NCBI GenBank assembly: GCA_039024555.1
Contig: JBCCQQ010000012.1
Coordinates: 41,347 to 105,346 of the forward strand
From: Cyanobacteria bacterium P01_D01_bin.156
GTDB taxonomy: Bacteria; Cyanobacteriota; Cyanobacteriia; Phormidesmidales; Phormidesmidaceae
Reading direction: 5' to 3'
Length of the DNA stretch: 64,000 nt
Shown: positions 1-9,003 of the stretch, in pieces
How the letters are laid out: every line of letters starts with the position of its first letter
Position numbering within the stretch: position 1 is the first letter of the stretch
Notes under the pieces: generated by a model
Told to the model about the DNA's origin: nothing
The model's database searches: none
What the model saw: the letters and a program-made list of their open reading frames with translations, nothing else
Made by a program: the position numbers and the translations under genes

Positions 1-3000
1 TTGCTTGACTAGGCAAGCCTGTAACCTCGTACTGTCGAGTCTCAATCGGTACTCCAATTTGATAGACGTCATTCTCCTTCCATTGATTGTAAAAAACAGC
101 CTCGGTTAATGTCGCTAAAATCTGAGACTGAATTGGAAAAGCTGCTTGTCTACGAGGATAGGCGATCGCCACCGACTGCGTCACATTACCAAAATCATCC
201 ACTTCCAATGTCAGCTCATGAGCCACCCGTGGATCGTCTGGATTACGCTCATACTGATAGTTCAAACTCTCACGAGGATGGACAAAAAACACCGCATACT
301 GCCCACCCTTTCTCGATTGCAATAGCTTAAGTGTGTAATTACTCTCAGTCACCGTATAAGGGTGTACACTCTCTACTGTCTTATCCAAGGCATACACTTC
401 TTGCCTAAGGAGTTGTCCTTTCAAAGCCCGGCAGGCTTCTCGCTCTTCTTCTATCGTCAGCCCCTCAGGTAAAACGGTGTCGAGTAGAAGGCTCGCGTTG
501 CGATCTCCCTGATAATACTCCTCGGTAAATAGCTTAGAAATGTGTTCCCTATCCCGATAAAATCCCGTGTGAAACCAAGTCTTGGTTACAGCCGGTGGCA
601 CATACAACCCCTTTTCAGCATTGGTGCCTCCCCCAGCCTCAAACACCTCATAGGTTTCTGTATCCACCTGTTCTACATAGCCAAATCCACGAAACTCTCG
701 CTCTTCCCCATCAAAATAACCATGACGATAGCGGTAGATCGTCACAAACCGGTTGCCACTGATACGATCCAGGGTTTCTACCCGATCCACCACCTGCACT
801 GGAAACGAGAGTCGTGTAATCCAAGGCTTACCCGCTGCTCGATCCTGCAAATAAAAATGGGTCGAGGACGCATAGTGTAAATGCGTTTCCGCCCCCAAAT
901 TATTAATCACCGACTGCAACAGATGTGGTTTTAGCCCATCCATTAAATCGATGTAATACATGGGTTGATGGCCATAGCCGGGGGAGCGTGAAGACCAAAC
1001 AATACAAGCCGTCCCATTCCCCAACAAATCGAGGACATTAACGCTGGCAAGGTTGTCCGCGATCGGTAAGCTCGTTACATGCTTGGGCTCACTCCACCCA
1101 TTACCTGACTGGTTAAACCATAAGCTAACCGACTGTCGCCCCAGATAGACAATATCGGTTGTACCCGATCCATCAATATCTGACAGTCGGATGCGTTTTT
1201 GATCAAACACTTCTGGATGCTCAAATACAGGCGAGCGATCCATCGTCACCTTGGCACCAAAATGGGCATACCCCAAATTAGGCCAGTAGCAAACCTCTCC
1301 ATTGCGAATCCGAACAATATCAACCAGGCCATCCCCACTCATGTCCGCCAGAAACACCGACTCCCTCACATCGGCAAATACAAGCGTTGGGCTGCGACTT
1401 TCATCTTGTAACCTTTGCACACGCTGCGCCGGACCAAATCCATCCCGCGCCAACGACGGAAACCAAACAAAAACATTGTGTTCTGAAATGAGAATATCCG
1501 CATGGCCATCCCCGTTGAGATCAATAAACCTCAGATTTGGATCGTTCCAGTTGACAGTGGGCGAAGATTTAAAGGGTGTAAACGATCGCCACTCTCCAGT
1601 TTTCTCCCGCTGGTAATACCCGGATAGCGTCCCAAAAGACACTAAATCCTGGGTACCATCCCCGGCCAGATCTAACAGTTGCTGCTGGATACTTTGCAGA
1701 TTTGCGATCGACGGGAGTGTGGTTAGCCTTTCAACCTCACCAAATCTGACAGTCCCTACTCGCTCCCTCTTTTTCTGCTTCACTTCTGAAGGATCAGGAC
1801 CAAGATTACGCTTATAGAACCAACCCTTGGCCTGCTCCGTCAAAATGCCCGCAATCCCTTCACTATCAAGATCCACCCACTGATAAGTGCTCCCATCCAG
1901 CCCCATGGGTAAATTCTGAAGACTATCAGGATCAACTGTCTGAATGTCAGTTTTTACATCAGGTCGTCCATACTGCAATTCCAATGGTGGATAAGAGCGA
2001 CTGAGCTGGTTCCCCTCAGTATCTTTAGCGGCATATCCCGTTTGCGTCACTGACGTTAGATAAGTTGCAACAGGATTGGGCTCATAACCAAAATCAGTCG
2101 ATCGCACCAAATGCCAGGTACCAACAGTGTCTCTGTCACCAGTTTCATCCATGCGATGAAACATCAGAGTGCGTTGACACAATCGCTGGGTGCGAATCTC
2201 AAAGCCTGAACGATAGGTTGAAAAAGGATCTGGGCGAGATGACCATGGTTGATCTTCCTCTGCAGTCGGACTGTCTCCCACATGCTCTCCATAATCAAAC
2301 ACCAGCTGGAACAGCCACTGCCTATCCCCTGGCTCCGATGATGAATAAGGATTATCCCATGAAGGCTCATTAGCGCCTTGACGATAAGGCATAAGATTGC
2401 CATATCGAATGCGCTTCAGGTACACATTCGCATGGCTCGTTTGATGCGCTAAACGGTTACTTTCAGATAGGAATGTTCGGTCAATGTTTTCAGAATCATC
2501 TCGCTTATATTCATAGACGATCAGATTCCCCTTATCGTCATAACTGGCTTCGAGCAACCACTCGAACACGCGTAAGTTGTTAGTAGCATCTGCGATCCGG
2601 CTATTTAAAACACTGCTAAGACCATAAATGCTGGTGACGTTGTCCTTAGAGTGCGATCTCCAGTGGACTTCACCTGTTTCAAGATTGCACCAACGCTCAA
2701 TTCGGGCAAATAACCCTTCAACTCTGGGACGATACTGACAGATTTCATAAGTTTCACTTTTAGGGTCGTCCTCTACAGGCGGGACCGACACCAAATCTTC
2801 AGCCCCAGACAAAATAAAGACATCTGAATCTTCATTGTCAAGATACTTGGGCAACCCCTTACTTGTTTTGCGTGTTATTGAAGGAACAGAAAGAGACCAA
2901 CCCAACCCAAATACCCCATTGCCAGCACCTGAGTCATAACTGAGGGAGAGCTGGGGATGAAAGTCATGCCGACTCGGGGACGCAAAGATAGGCACATTAA

Positions 3001-3175
3001 GTGCCCCCGTCCCTGTAACCGGATTAACTGAAAACTTCTCCCCAATTCCCCGAATGGCACCACCACCTTTAGGTAGAGATACAGCAGCTGGGGAAGATAT
3101 GTACCCAGCCCCCGTTAACTTCGCCTGGGCATCTCCTTGCCTATTTACTGAATTAGGTACCCCTAGTTGCTCCAT
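1..3175 (-). CDS. SpvB/TcdB-type Tc toxin B component (SpvB N-terminal, FG-GAP-like repeats, TcdB midN/midC); possibly a TcB-TcC/RHS fusion; partial, runs off the left edge
   Basis: Manual translation from ATG at 3175: MEQLGVPNS...SLPKGGGAIRGIGEKFSVNPVTGTG...LSYDSGAGNGVFGLGWSLS...RPRVEGLFARIERW...RPDPFSTYRSGFEIRTQRLC...DLNGDGHADIL...DMSGDGLVDIV...EREFRGFGYVEQ...YERNPDDPRV. The frame matches at both ends and I found no stop, which explains its absence from the ORF track. Confidence 0.92.
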   Translation of the reverse strand, partial: MEQLGVPNSVNRQGDAQAKLTGAGYISSPAAVSLPKGGGAIRGIGEKFSVNPVTGTGALNVPIFASPSRHDFHPQLSLSYDSGAGNGVFGLGWSLSVPSITRKTSKGLPKYLDNEDSDVFILSGAEDLVSVPPVEDDPKSETYEICQYRPRVEGLFARIERWCNLETGEVHWRSHSKDNVTSIYGLSSVLNSRIADATNNLRVFEWLLEASYDDKGNLIVYEYKRDDSENIDRTFLSESNRLAHQTSHANVYLKRIRYGNLMPYRQGANEPSWDNPYSSSEPGDRQWLFQLVFDYGEHVGDSPTAEEDQPWSSRPDPFSTYRSGFEIRTQRLCQRTLMFHRMDETGDRDTVGTWHLVRSTDFGYEPNPVATYLTSVTQTGYAAKDTEGNQLSRSYPPLELQYGRPDVKTDIQTVDPDSLQNLPMGLDGSTYQWVDLDSEGIAGILTEQAKGWFYKRNLGPDPSEVKQKKRERVGTVRFGEVERLTTLPSIANLQSIQQQLLDLAGDGTQDLVSFGTLSGYYQREKTGEWRSFTPFKSSPTVNWNDPNLRFIDLNGDGHADILISEHNVFVWFPSLARDGFGPAQRVQRLQDESRSPTLVFADVRESVFLADMSGDGLVDIVRIRNGEVCYWPNLGYAHFGAKVTMDRSPVFEHPEVFDQKRIRLSDIDGSGTTDIVYLGRQSVSLWFNQSGNGWSEPKHVTSLPIADNLASVNVLDLLGNGTACIVWSSRSPGYGHQPMYYIDLMDGLKPHLLQSVINNLGAETHLHYASSTHFYLQDRAAGKPWITRLSFPVQVVDRVETLDRISGNRFVTIYRYRHGYFDGEEREFRGFGYVEQVDTETYEVFEAGGGTNAEKGLYVPPAVTKTWFHTGFYRDREHISKLFTEEYYQGDRNASLLLDTVLPEGLTIEEEREACRALKGQLLRQEVYALDKTVESVHPYTVTESNYTLKLLQSRKGGQYAVFFVHPRESLNYQYERNPDDPRVAHELTLEVDDFGNVTQSVAIAYPRRQAAFPIQSQILATLTEAVFYNQWKENDVYQIGVPIETRQYEVTGLPSQA

Positions 3176-3405
3176 GATCGAGATAGCAGAACGATAAACA
3201 GGCACATAGAACGAGTAATCAACTCCTATTGAAATTCACATAAACTATGCAACGCAATCAAGATAAGTACCGTAAGCATGAAATTTAGGTAAATAATAGT
3301 GAAGTGACTGAAGAAGAGTTTTAGTAATGAAAATTAATTTTTAGTCAGAAGCGATGGAATGTAATATTAAGTTACAGTTGCAGTTACAGAAAAAAGTTTC
3401 ATTTT

Positions 3406-3669
3406 ATGGCTAAGAAAAATGCAAGAGAACTTATCGTTAAGGAAGGCGCTACCCAAGTAGGAACAACCTGGATAAAACAACAACCTAATCCAGATGAAGG
3501 TATGTTAACTGAATCTGAGAAATTCCAATTACAAGAGAAGGAGCGCATCTCACTTGTATCTTATGATGATGAAGAAATTCAAGACCATTATAAAATTGAA
3601 TTGGCTCAGCCTGTGAATGGACTAGTGTTTTGGTATGCGTACAAACCACATGTACAAATCATAGAGTAA
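3406..3669 (+). CDS. Small hypothetical protein resembling the accessory beta-domain of cyanobacterial cell-wall hydrolases/C39 peptidases
   Basis: 87 aa ATG ORF with pattern TWIKQQP...EKF...HYKIEL...WYAYKPHVQI; family resemblance from memory only. Confidence 0.6.
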   Translation: MAKKNARELIVKEGATQVGTTWIKQQPNPDEGMLTESEKFQLQEKERISLVSYDDEEIQDHYKIELAQPVNGLVFWYAYKPHVQIIE

Positions 3670-3792
3670 GATCCTTATCGACATTTTAATTAATAAAAAC
3701 TCAATCAGGTTAGTCAAGAATTTGTCATGGCAAGTCATATCTATTAAAGGAAGATTGAATCTTTAATTTAGAAGTTAAATTCTAATAAATTT

Positions 3793-5712
3793 TCAGAACA
3801 TAGTTTTTATGGCAACTTTTTCTGAGCTTATCTTATAAAAAGTTGTATTCTCTGTCTCACTTAGACCAGAAACAATAAACCATATCCCAAGGGTTCCCAA
3901 TATAAAATGCAACAGAATTAGTATGAAACTAATAGTATTTGCAACCTTCAAAACAGATACTTCTTCAGGTAATTTATCTTTAAAATTAGAAAAGGTTAAA
4001 TCAACTTTTTTAGCAAATATTAAATTTTGATCCTCAATCAGCTTGATTTTTTTTGAAGTATCACGCACATTTTCAATAAGATTATCCAAATCAAACTTAA
4101 TATCTGAGTCCACCTCAGATCGATGATATTTCTTATGCAATTGCCCTTCCTCGATATAATCAATACAGATTTCTTTGAGTTCGGGTAAGCTGAGCATGTC
4201 AGCGATTTTGCTAAGATTATCACCACATTTGCCAATCAGTTCAGCAGAAGAGTTCACAGGCTCAGCAATAATTTTGCCGTCAGAAATTAATGTTTTTACA
4301 GACTTAAGTATATGTTTCGTGAGCTCGATGAATCGTTGTTTCCACAAATACAACAAAACTAGTGCAAATAAGCAATAGATCAGTATGAGTGAACCGAGCA
4401 GTATTTTACCTATAGCAGGTTTTGCATCACTTTCACTGCCACCATCAGGCTTCTCTACAGGAGGTTTCTGGATAACAGTAAAGATTCCATTGCTAGAAGC
4501 AGTAATAAGCTCTTTTTCTGAAATGGGATTAAACCCTACAGTTCCGACTACAGGAAAATCCTCAACATCTTTAACATTGAAATCATAAACGGCTGTTTCG
4601 TAGTCTTCGAGATTCCATACTTTAATCTTGCCTTTATCATCTCCGGCAATGAGCTTATTCGCGTCGCTATTGAATGCAACAGAACGTGGAGAACCTTCAA
4701 GTGTAAGGAGTTCACTGTTTAAAACCTGGGGTTTTCCATCAATGAATTTCCAAACTCTTATTCCTTCATGGGGGATAGCAGCTGCAACATAAGTACTCCC
4801 ATCTTTCTCAGCAAAAGCGAGTTGAGTAGCTCCTTTTGTAGGTGTATTTTCCAGAAGGGGGATCGATTGACGAAACCAGCTTGATGTATCCCAAAAAACA
4901 AGCATACCGCTTGAACCACTTGCCGCTAGCCATTTGCCCCTAGGGCTAACAGATAGTGATGTTACTGCTGTATTATCATCTTCATCATAAAAAAACTCTT
5001 CTTCTTTCTTTAGCTTACTCCATGAAACTTCCTGATCACTTTTGTGCTGAGAAAGGATTTCATCGAAGTCTAAAATAATAATATTTTCAGTATTTTCATT
5101 CAACAGTGCAACAACTAACTTACGCTGACCTTGATTATTTTCATAAAAGTCCAATGACGAAATTCGAGAATTAATATCTTTAACAATTAAGCGACGACTG
5201 TTGTTTCGAGTATCCCAGATAACAAGGTTCTTGCCATTTTTTTCATTGGAATCCCCACTACTCACAATATATTGGTCATCATCGCTTATGGCAATTGAGT
5301 GAATCCCATTATTATGAACACTTGAAGAGGGGAGTGTAGAAATAAGATCATACTTACCATTAAGATCCCATATATTGATGTTATTGTTTGGCCCAACACC
5401 AGCAATGTAATTTTCACCAATCGAAAAAATGGGCTTGTACTCCCAAGCCACCTCTTTTGGAAGCTTGATTTTTTTAGTATTGTTTGGAGTTCCTTGACTA
5501 ATCAGGGTTGATTTTTGGGTTACAGGTACTTCTATATGATTTTCTGTGTGACTTTCTGGGGAAAATAGTTGTAGGATCTTTGTTGTTTTGTAGTTTTCGC
5601 TACTTTCTGGTGATTCATTAAATCCAAAGCTTTCCCCACCAGATATAACTGGCACCACGACTAAAGTAATGGTTGATACCAAGGTAAGTGACGTTTTCAG
5701 TAGCTGATACAT
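3793..5712 (-). CDS. Exported/membrane-anchored WD40-repeat protein
   Basis: Hydrophobic N-terminus; WD repeats (INIWD, LVIWD, LVFWD, IRVWK, IKVWN); TM helix ILLGSLILIYCLFALVLLYLW; second TM near the C-terminus; AT-rich. Confidence 0.85.
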   Translation of the reverse strand: MYQLLKTSLTLVSTITLVVVPVISGGESFGFNESPESSENYKTTKILQLFSPESHTENHIEVPVTQKSTLISQGTPNNTKKIKLPKEVAWEYKPIFSIGENYIAGVGPNNNINIWDLNGKYDLISTLPSSSVHNNGIHSIAISDDDQYIVSSGDSNEKNGKNLVIWDTRNNSRRLIVKDINSRISSLDFYENNQGQRKLVVALLNENTENIIILDFDEILSQHKSDQEVSWSKLKKEEEFFYDEDDNTAVTSLSVSPRGKWLAASGSSGMLVFWDTSSWFRQSIPLLENTPTKGATQLAFAEKDGSTYVAAAIPHEGIRVWKFIDGKPQVLNSELLTLEGSPRSVAFNSDANKLIAGDDKGKIKVWNLEDYETAVYDFNVKDVEDFPVVGTVGFNPISEKELITASSNGIFTVIQKPPVEKPDGGSESDAKPAIGKILLGSLILIYCLFALVLLYLWKQRFIELTKHILKSVKTLISDGKIIAEPVNSSAELIGKCGDNLSKIADMLSLPELKEICIDYIEEGQLHKKYHRSEVDSDIKFDLDNLIENVRDTSKKIKLIEDQNLIFAKKVDLTFSNFKDKLPEEVSVLKVANTISFILILLHFILGTLGIWFIVSGLSETENTTFYKISSEKVAIKTMF

Positions 5713-5738
5713 GGTTGAAGCTGATCTGTTGATCTCTT

Positions 5739-5770
5739 TATGCCAATTTCTAACTATGCCAATTTCTAAC
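5739..5770. repeat. Perfect 16-bp tandem duplication TATGCCAATTTCTAAC x2, just upstream of the WD40 start codon
   Basis: Read directly from sequence. Confidence 0.9.
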
Positions 5771-6288
5771 GATCAATGTTACTTAAACTATATTTTATAG
5801 GCATATACTTTGACCATAACAAAAATTAACTTACAACACTCCTCTCTTAGAAGAAAGAGCCTCTCATTATTTTAAGTAATATATCCACCCTTATAGCCTT
5901 ATCGACAAGTTGAGGCTATTTTTGAGTAAACCTCAACCTGTTAGCCAATAAAGTGCTTAATCAATAGAAGCAGAGGTGGCTGAGCGCCCTGCCCTGGGTA
6001 TCGGTAGCATCAATCATGGAGGCAGGCCCAGGATAATGCCTGGTAGGGCATTCTGTGAAGGATATCTTCATGCTGCTATTGCAGGGACCCTACGTACAGT
6101 ATCAGGTAGCTGTTAAACAGGTCACCAAGACGGCTCTAGGACGATATGTGAAATCAACTGTACGAGAGGCAATGGGGCAACTACAAGGCCAGCGCAGGAA
6201 AAAGTCCTCTTCTCAAGAGCACCTGAAGCAATTAAACATTGAACAGGTGCGATAAGTCATGATTTGAGGTCAAATTCTGTGATGATGT

Positions 6289-8991
6289 CTATAACCAATT
6301 ACCGATTAAAACAAAAGGTGCCCAAAAATAAGGGTGTCGATAGTCATCATTGTTTAGCAGATTGAGTTGGGCTTGCCGTAAAATTTCGGCTTTGGTAAGG
6401 GAACTTTGAGCAAGTTGTCGATAGAGATCGCTCATCAAGACAGATGTGCCTTCGTCATTCACTTGCCAGAGGGTGGCGAGGGTACTTCGAGCGCCAGAGC
6501 GAACCGCAATACCAGCTAATCCCAGAGCTGCTCGATCATCCCCAGCGGCTGTTTCACAGGCACTAAGTATCAGCAGCTCAATGGTTTCATCTCGACTAAT
6601 TTCTCCAACCTGTAGCATTGAACTCAGTTCATTCGCATTGATTTTGCCATCCCAAGCCTGAATAAAGGTCTCTTCTAGGTCAGAGCTAAACTTACCATGG
6701 GTTGCCAGATGAACAACGGGGAAAGGCAGGGTTGTCAGTTTATCTTCGAAGCTATTAACCTCAAAATCTTGGTCTAGTAGGACATCGCTTGGAACCTGCT
6801 CTTTGATTGCATTAACTTCTGCAACCACATAGGGTAACGCAGAGAACCCTTCTACAGATTCTGATAAGCCACCCACTAGGGCTTTCACCTGTCCTCTAGC
6901 AATAGGCTGTGGATCGATAAGCTGCAAGCCTGGAGTTAGCGCGATCGCATATTTTTCAATTAAATATTGTTCACCGTCGTAGAGTACTGACATGGGCACA
7001 TTGCGAAGCGTGCCATCAAGGACAAACACAAGTACTTCTGTATCAGTAGCCTCTAGATCAGCTGTAATCGGTCTAATTAAGTGATCATAGATATCTTTTG
7101 CTGGGGTAATAAAGTTGATGTTGACATCAGAACCTTGCCCCGTCCTTTGAGGAATAACAGTAGCCCTGCTGTCATCAGGGGTAGAACGAGTTTCCCATTC
7201 AGGCAGACTCTCAAGGGCTTCGCTACTGGGAGGATGGTCTATAATGCCCTCCAGCTGGGTAAGCTCCTGCTCAAAGATATCTTTATTAATAGGGGTAGAG
7301 TAATGTTTCAAGGTATCCTCGGAGGATTCTCCAGGTAAACTGGCAATGATCTCCACACTCTCTTCTAGAATAATCGGGTAGATTACAGCCGCCTTGGTGT
7401 CTACTTGATCAATTCGAGTTTGACTTGTGACCACACAGTCAGCGCGAAAGAAGTTGACCAGCTCCGCCACCTGGAGGTTTTCAATCACATCTCTGGCTTT
7501 AAGTAAATTGTCAGGTGCAGTGGTTGTGGGGTCCTCTGATTTCAAGAGGAGGCTCACCAATTCTCGATAAATCGGTTCGACCTCTTCTCGAAATGAGAAT
7601 TGTAGATCAGGACTGGTTGAAACCAAATCGCTTCTCAGGTTTTGTAGGGTTTCGAGGGCTTGATTATAGGCTGCGATCGCGCCCTGAGTATCTCCCTGCG
7701 CTGCTAAAACTCGACCCAATTGCCACTGCCATTGATAGAGCGCCGTCAATGAGTTTGTTCCCAAAGCCAGGTTCCAGGCTTTTTGGGTGACCTCTGCAGC
7801 GGCTTCCCACTGCTGGTTCACTTCATGTAGACGCCCTAAGTATCCCCAAGCATAAGATTGACCCTGACCATCTTGAATGGCTTCGGCTTGGGCCAATGTG
7901 CCTTCTAAAAATCGGGTTAACTCATCCGTGGATAACCCTGACCCCGATTTGATTAGATGGTTAGCCAGGTTTAGACGAATCAGATTTGAGGTGCGACCGG
8001 GCCGCAGTTGGGGTAACTCGGCCTGAATATTGTTAAGTAGTGCTGAGTCTAATTGATTTTGCGAGAGTTTTAGCCCCAGTAAATTGACCTGGGCCTGTAA
8101 GCGCAACAGTGGGGTGGGGGCAACCGCCGCCGCACGTTGATACAGATCAACCGGATCTAGGGGCTCTGGATACTCAATCGACTCAGCATTGCTGGTTTCA
8201 GCGACTAAATTGCCCAGGCTCAAGAGGGTACTGCTCAGTTCAGCATTGTTGCCAATAGCTTCAGCCACCTGTTGACTTTTTCGCAAGCTGGATAATGCTT
8301 GGTCAGCGTCACCATTGAATCGTTGTATATTCCCCAGGTGCCTCAATCCAGCAGCTTTTATGGCAGAATCATCCAGATCTTCTGTTAAGGTCTCGTTGAT
8401 ATTTTCAAGTTGTTTCAACGCCTGACGATAGCGGCCTTGCACCTGAAGAATTTGGCCTTGGTTGAGCTGAGCCCGCAGCAGGCCGTCTGGATCTTCTAAA
8501 GTTTGATATAGCTCAGTGGCCTGATTTAAGTGGGCTAAAGCTTCGTTAAGCTGTCCTTGGGCCATACTGAGCTGGGCTTGGGCAGTTAAGACCTGAGCTA
8601 AAATTCGTTGGGGGTAAGGCTCGGTAGGCGTCTCACTAAACTGACTGTGGGCAGTTGCGATCGCAGCATCAGCCTCTGTATAGTTGCCCAGCCGCAGGTA
8701 GGCTAAGCCAACATTGCTCAGAGCACTGGCTTGATTGACCCGATCGGCCTGACGCTCATAGCTTTGGGCCGCCTGTTGCCAGGCCTCAATGGCAGCCGCG
8801 TAGCGTCCTTCAGTGTAGTGTTCTCGCCCCTGCTGTATCAGCTGAGTGGGGGTAGTCTGAGCCAGTGATTGCTCAGCGCTAATTTGTCGTGTCATTTGTG
8901 CAAGGCCGGGCAGTGCCTGACCACACAGGCAAGCGGTTAACCCAACCACCACCAAAAATCGAATCCATTTAGCCATCGTATTTGTCATCAT
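6289..8991 (-). CDS. TPR + CHAT domain protease (clan CD) with signal peptide
   Basis: Signal peptide, TPR array, VHLATHG and LSACETA catalytic motifs, terminal HPYFWAPFVLIGNW. Confidence 0.95.
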   Translation of the reverse strand: MMTNTMAKWIRFLVVVGLTACLCGQALPGLAQMTRQISAEQSLAQTTPTQLIQQGREHYTEGRYAAAIEAWQQAAQSYERQADRVNQASALSNVGLAYLRLGNYTEADAAIATAHSQFSETPTEPYPQRILAQVLTAQAQLSMAQGQLNEALAHLNQATELYQTLEDPDGLLRAQLNQGQILQVQGRYRQALKQLENINETLTEDLDDSAIKAAGLRHLGNIQRFNGDADQALSSLRKSQQVAEAIGNNAELSSTLLSLGNLVAETSNAESIEYPEPLDPVDLYQRAAAVAPTPLLRLQAQVNLLGLKLSQNQLDSALLNNIQAELPQLRPGRTSNLIRLNLANHLIKSGSGLSTDELTRFLEGTLAQAEAIQDGQGQSYAWGYLGRLHEVNQQWEAAAEVTQKAWNLALGTNSLTALYQWQWQLGRVLAAQGDTQGAIAAYNQALETLQNLRSDLVSTSPDLQFSFREEVEPIYRELVSLLLKSEDPTTTAPDNLLKARDVIENLQVAELVNFFRADCVVTSQTRIDQVDTKAAVIYPIILEESVEIIASLPGESSEDTLKHYSTPINKDIFEQELTQLEGIIDHPPSSEALESLPEWETRSTPDDSRATVIPQRTGQGSDVNINFITPAKDIYDHLIRPITADLEATDTEVLVFVLDGTLRNVPMSVLYDGEQYLIEKYAIALTPGLQLIDPQPIARGQVKALVGGLSESVEGFSALPYVVAEVNAIKEQVPSDVLLDQDFEVNSFEDKLTTLPFPVVHLATHGKFSSDLEETFIQAWDGKINANELSSMLQVGEISRDETIELLILSACETAAGDDRAALGLAGIAVRSGARSTLATLWQVNDEGTSVLMSDLYRQLAQSSLTKAEILRQAQLNLLNNDDYRHPYFWAPFVLIGNWL

Positions 8992-9003
8992 CGGATCGCC
9001 ACC

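Noticed and set aside
109..3066. Short ORFs on both strands in the ORF track
   Set aside because: They are shadows of the long minus-strand SpvB/TcdB frame 1..3175.
6055..6255. 66 aa plus-strand ORF between the WD40 and CHAT genes
   Set aside because: GTG start without a clear RBS and no recognisable motif.
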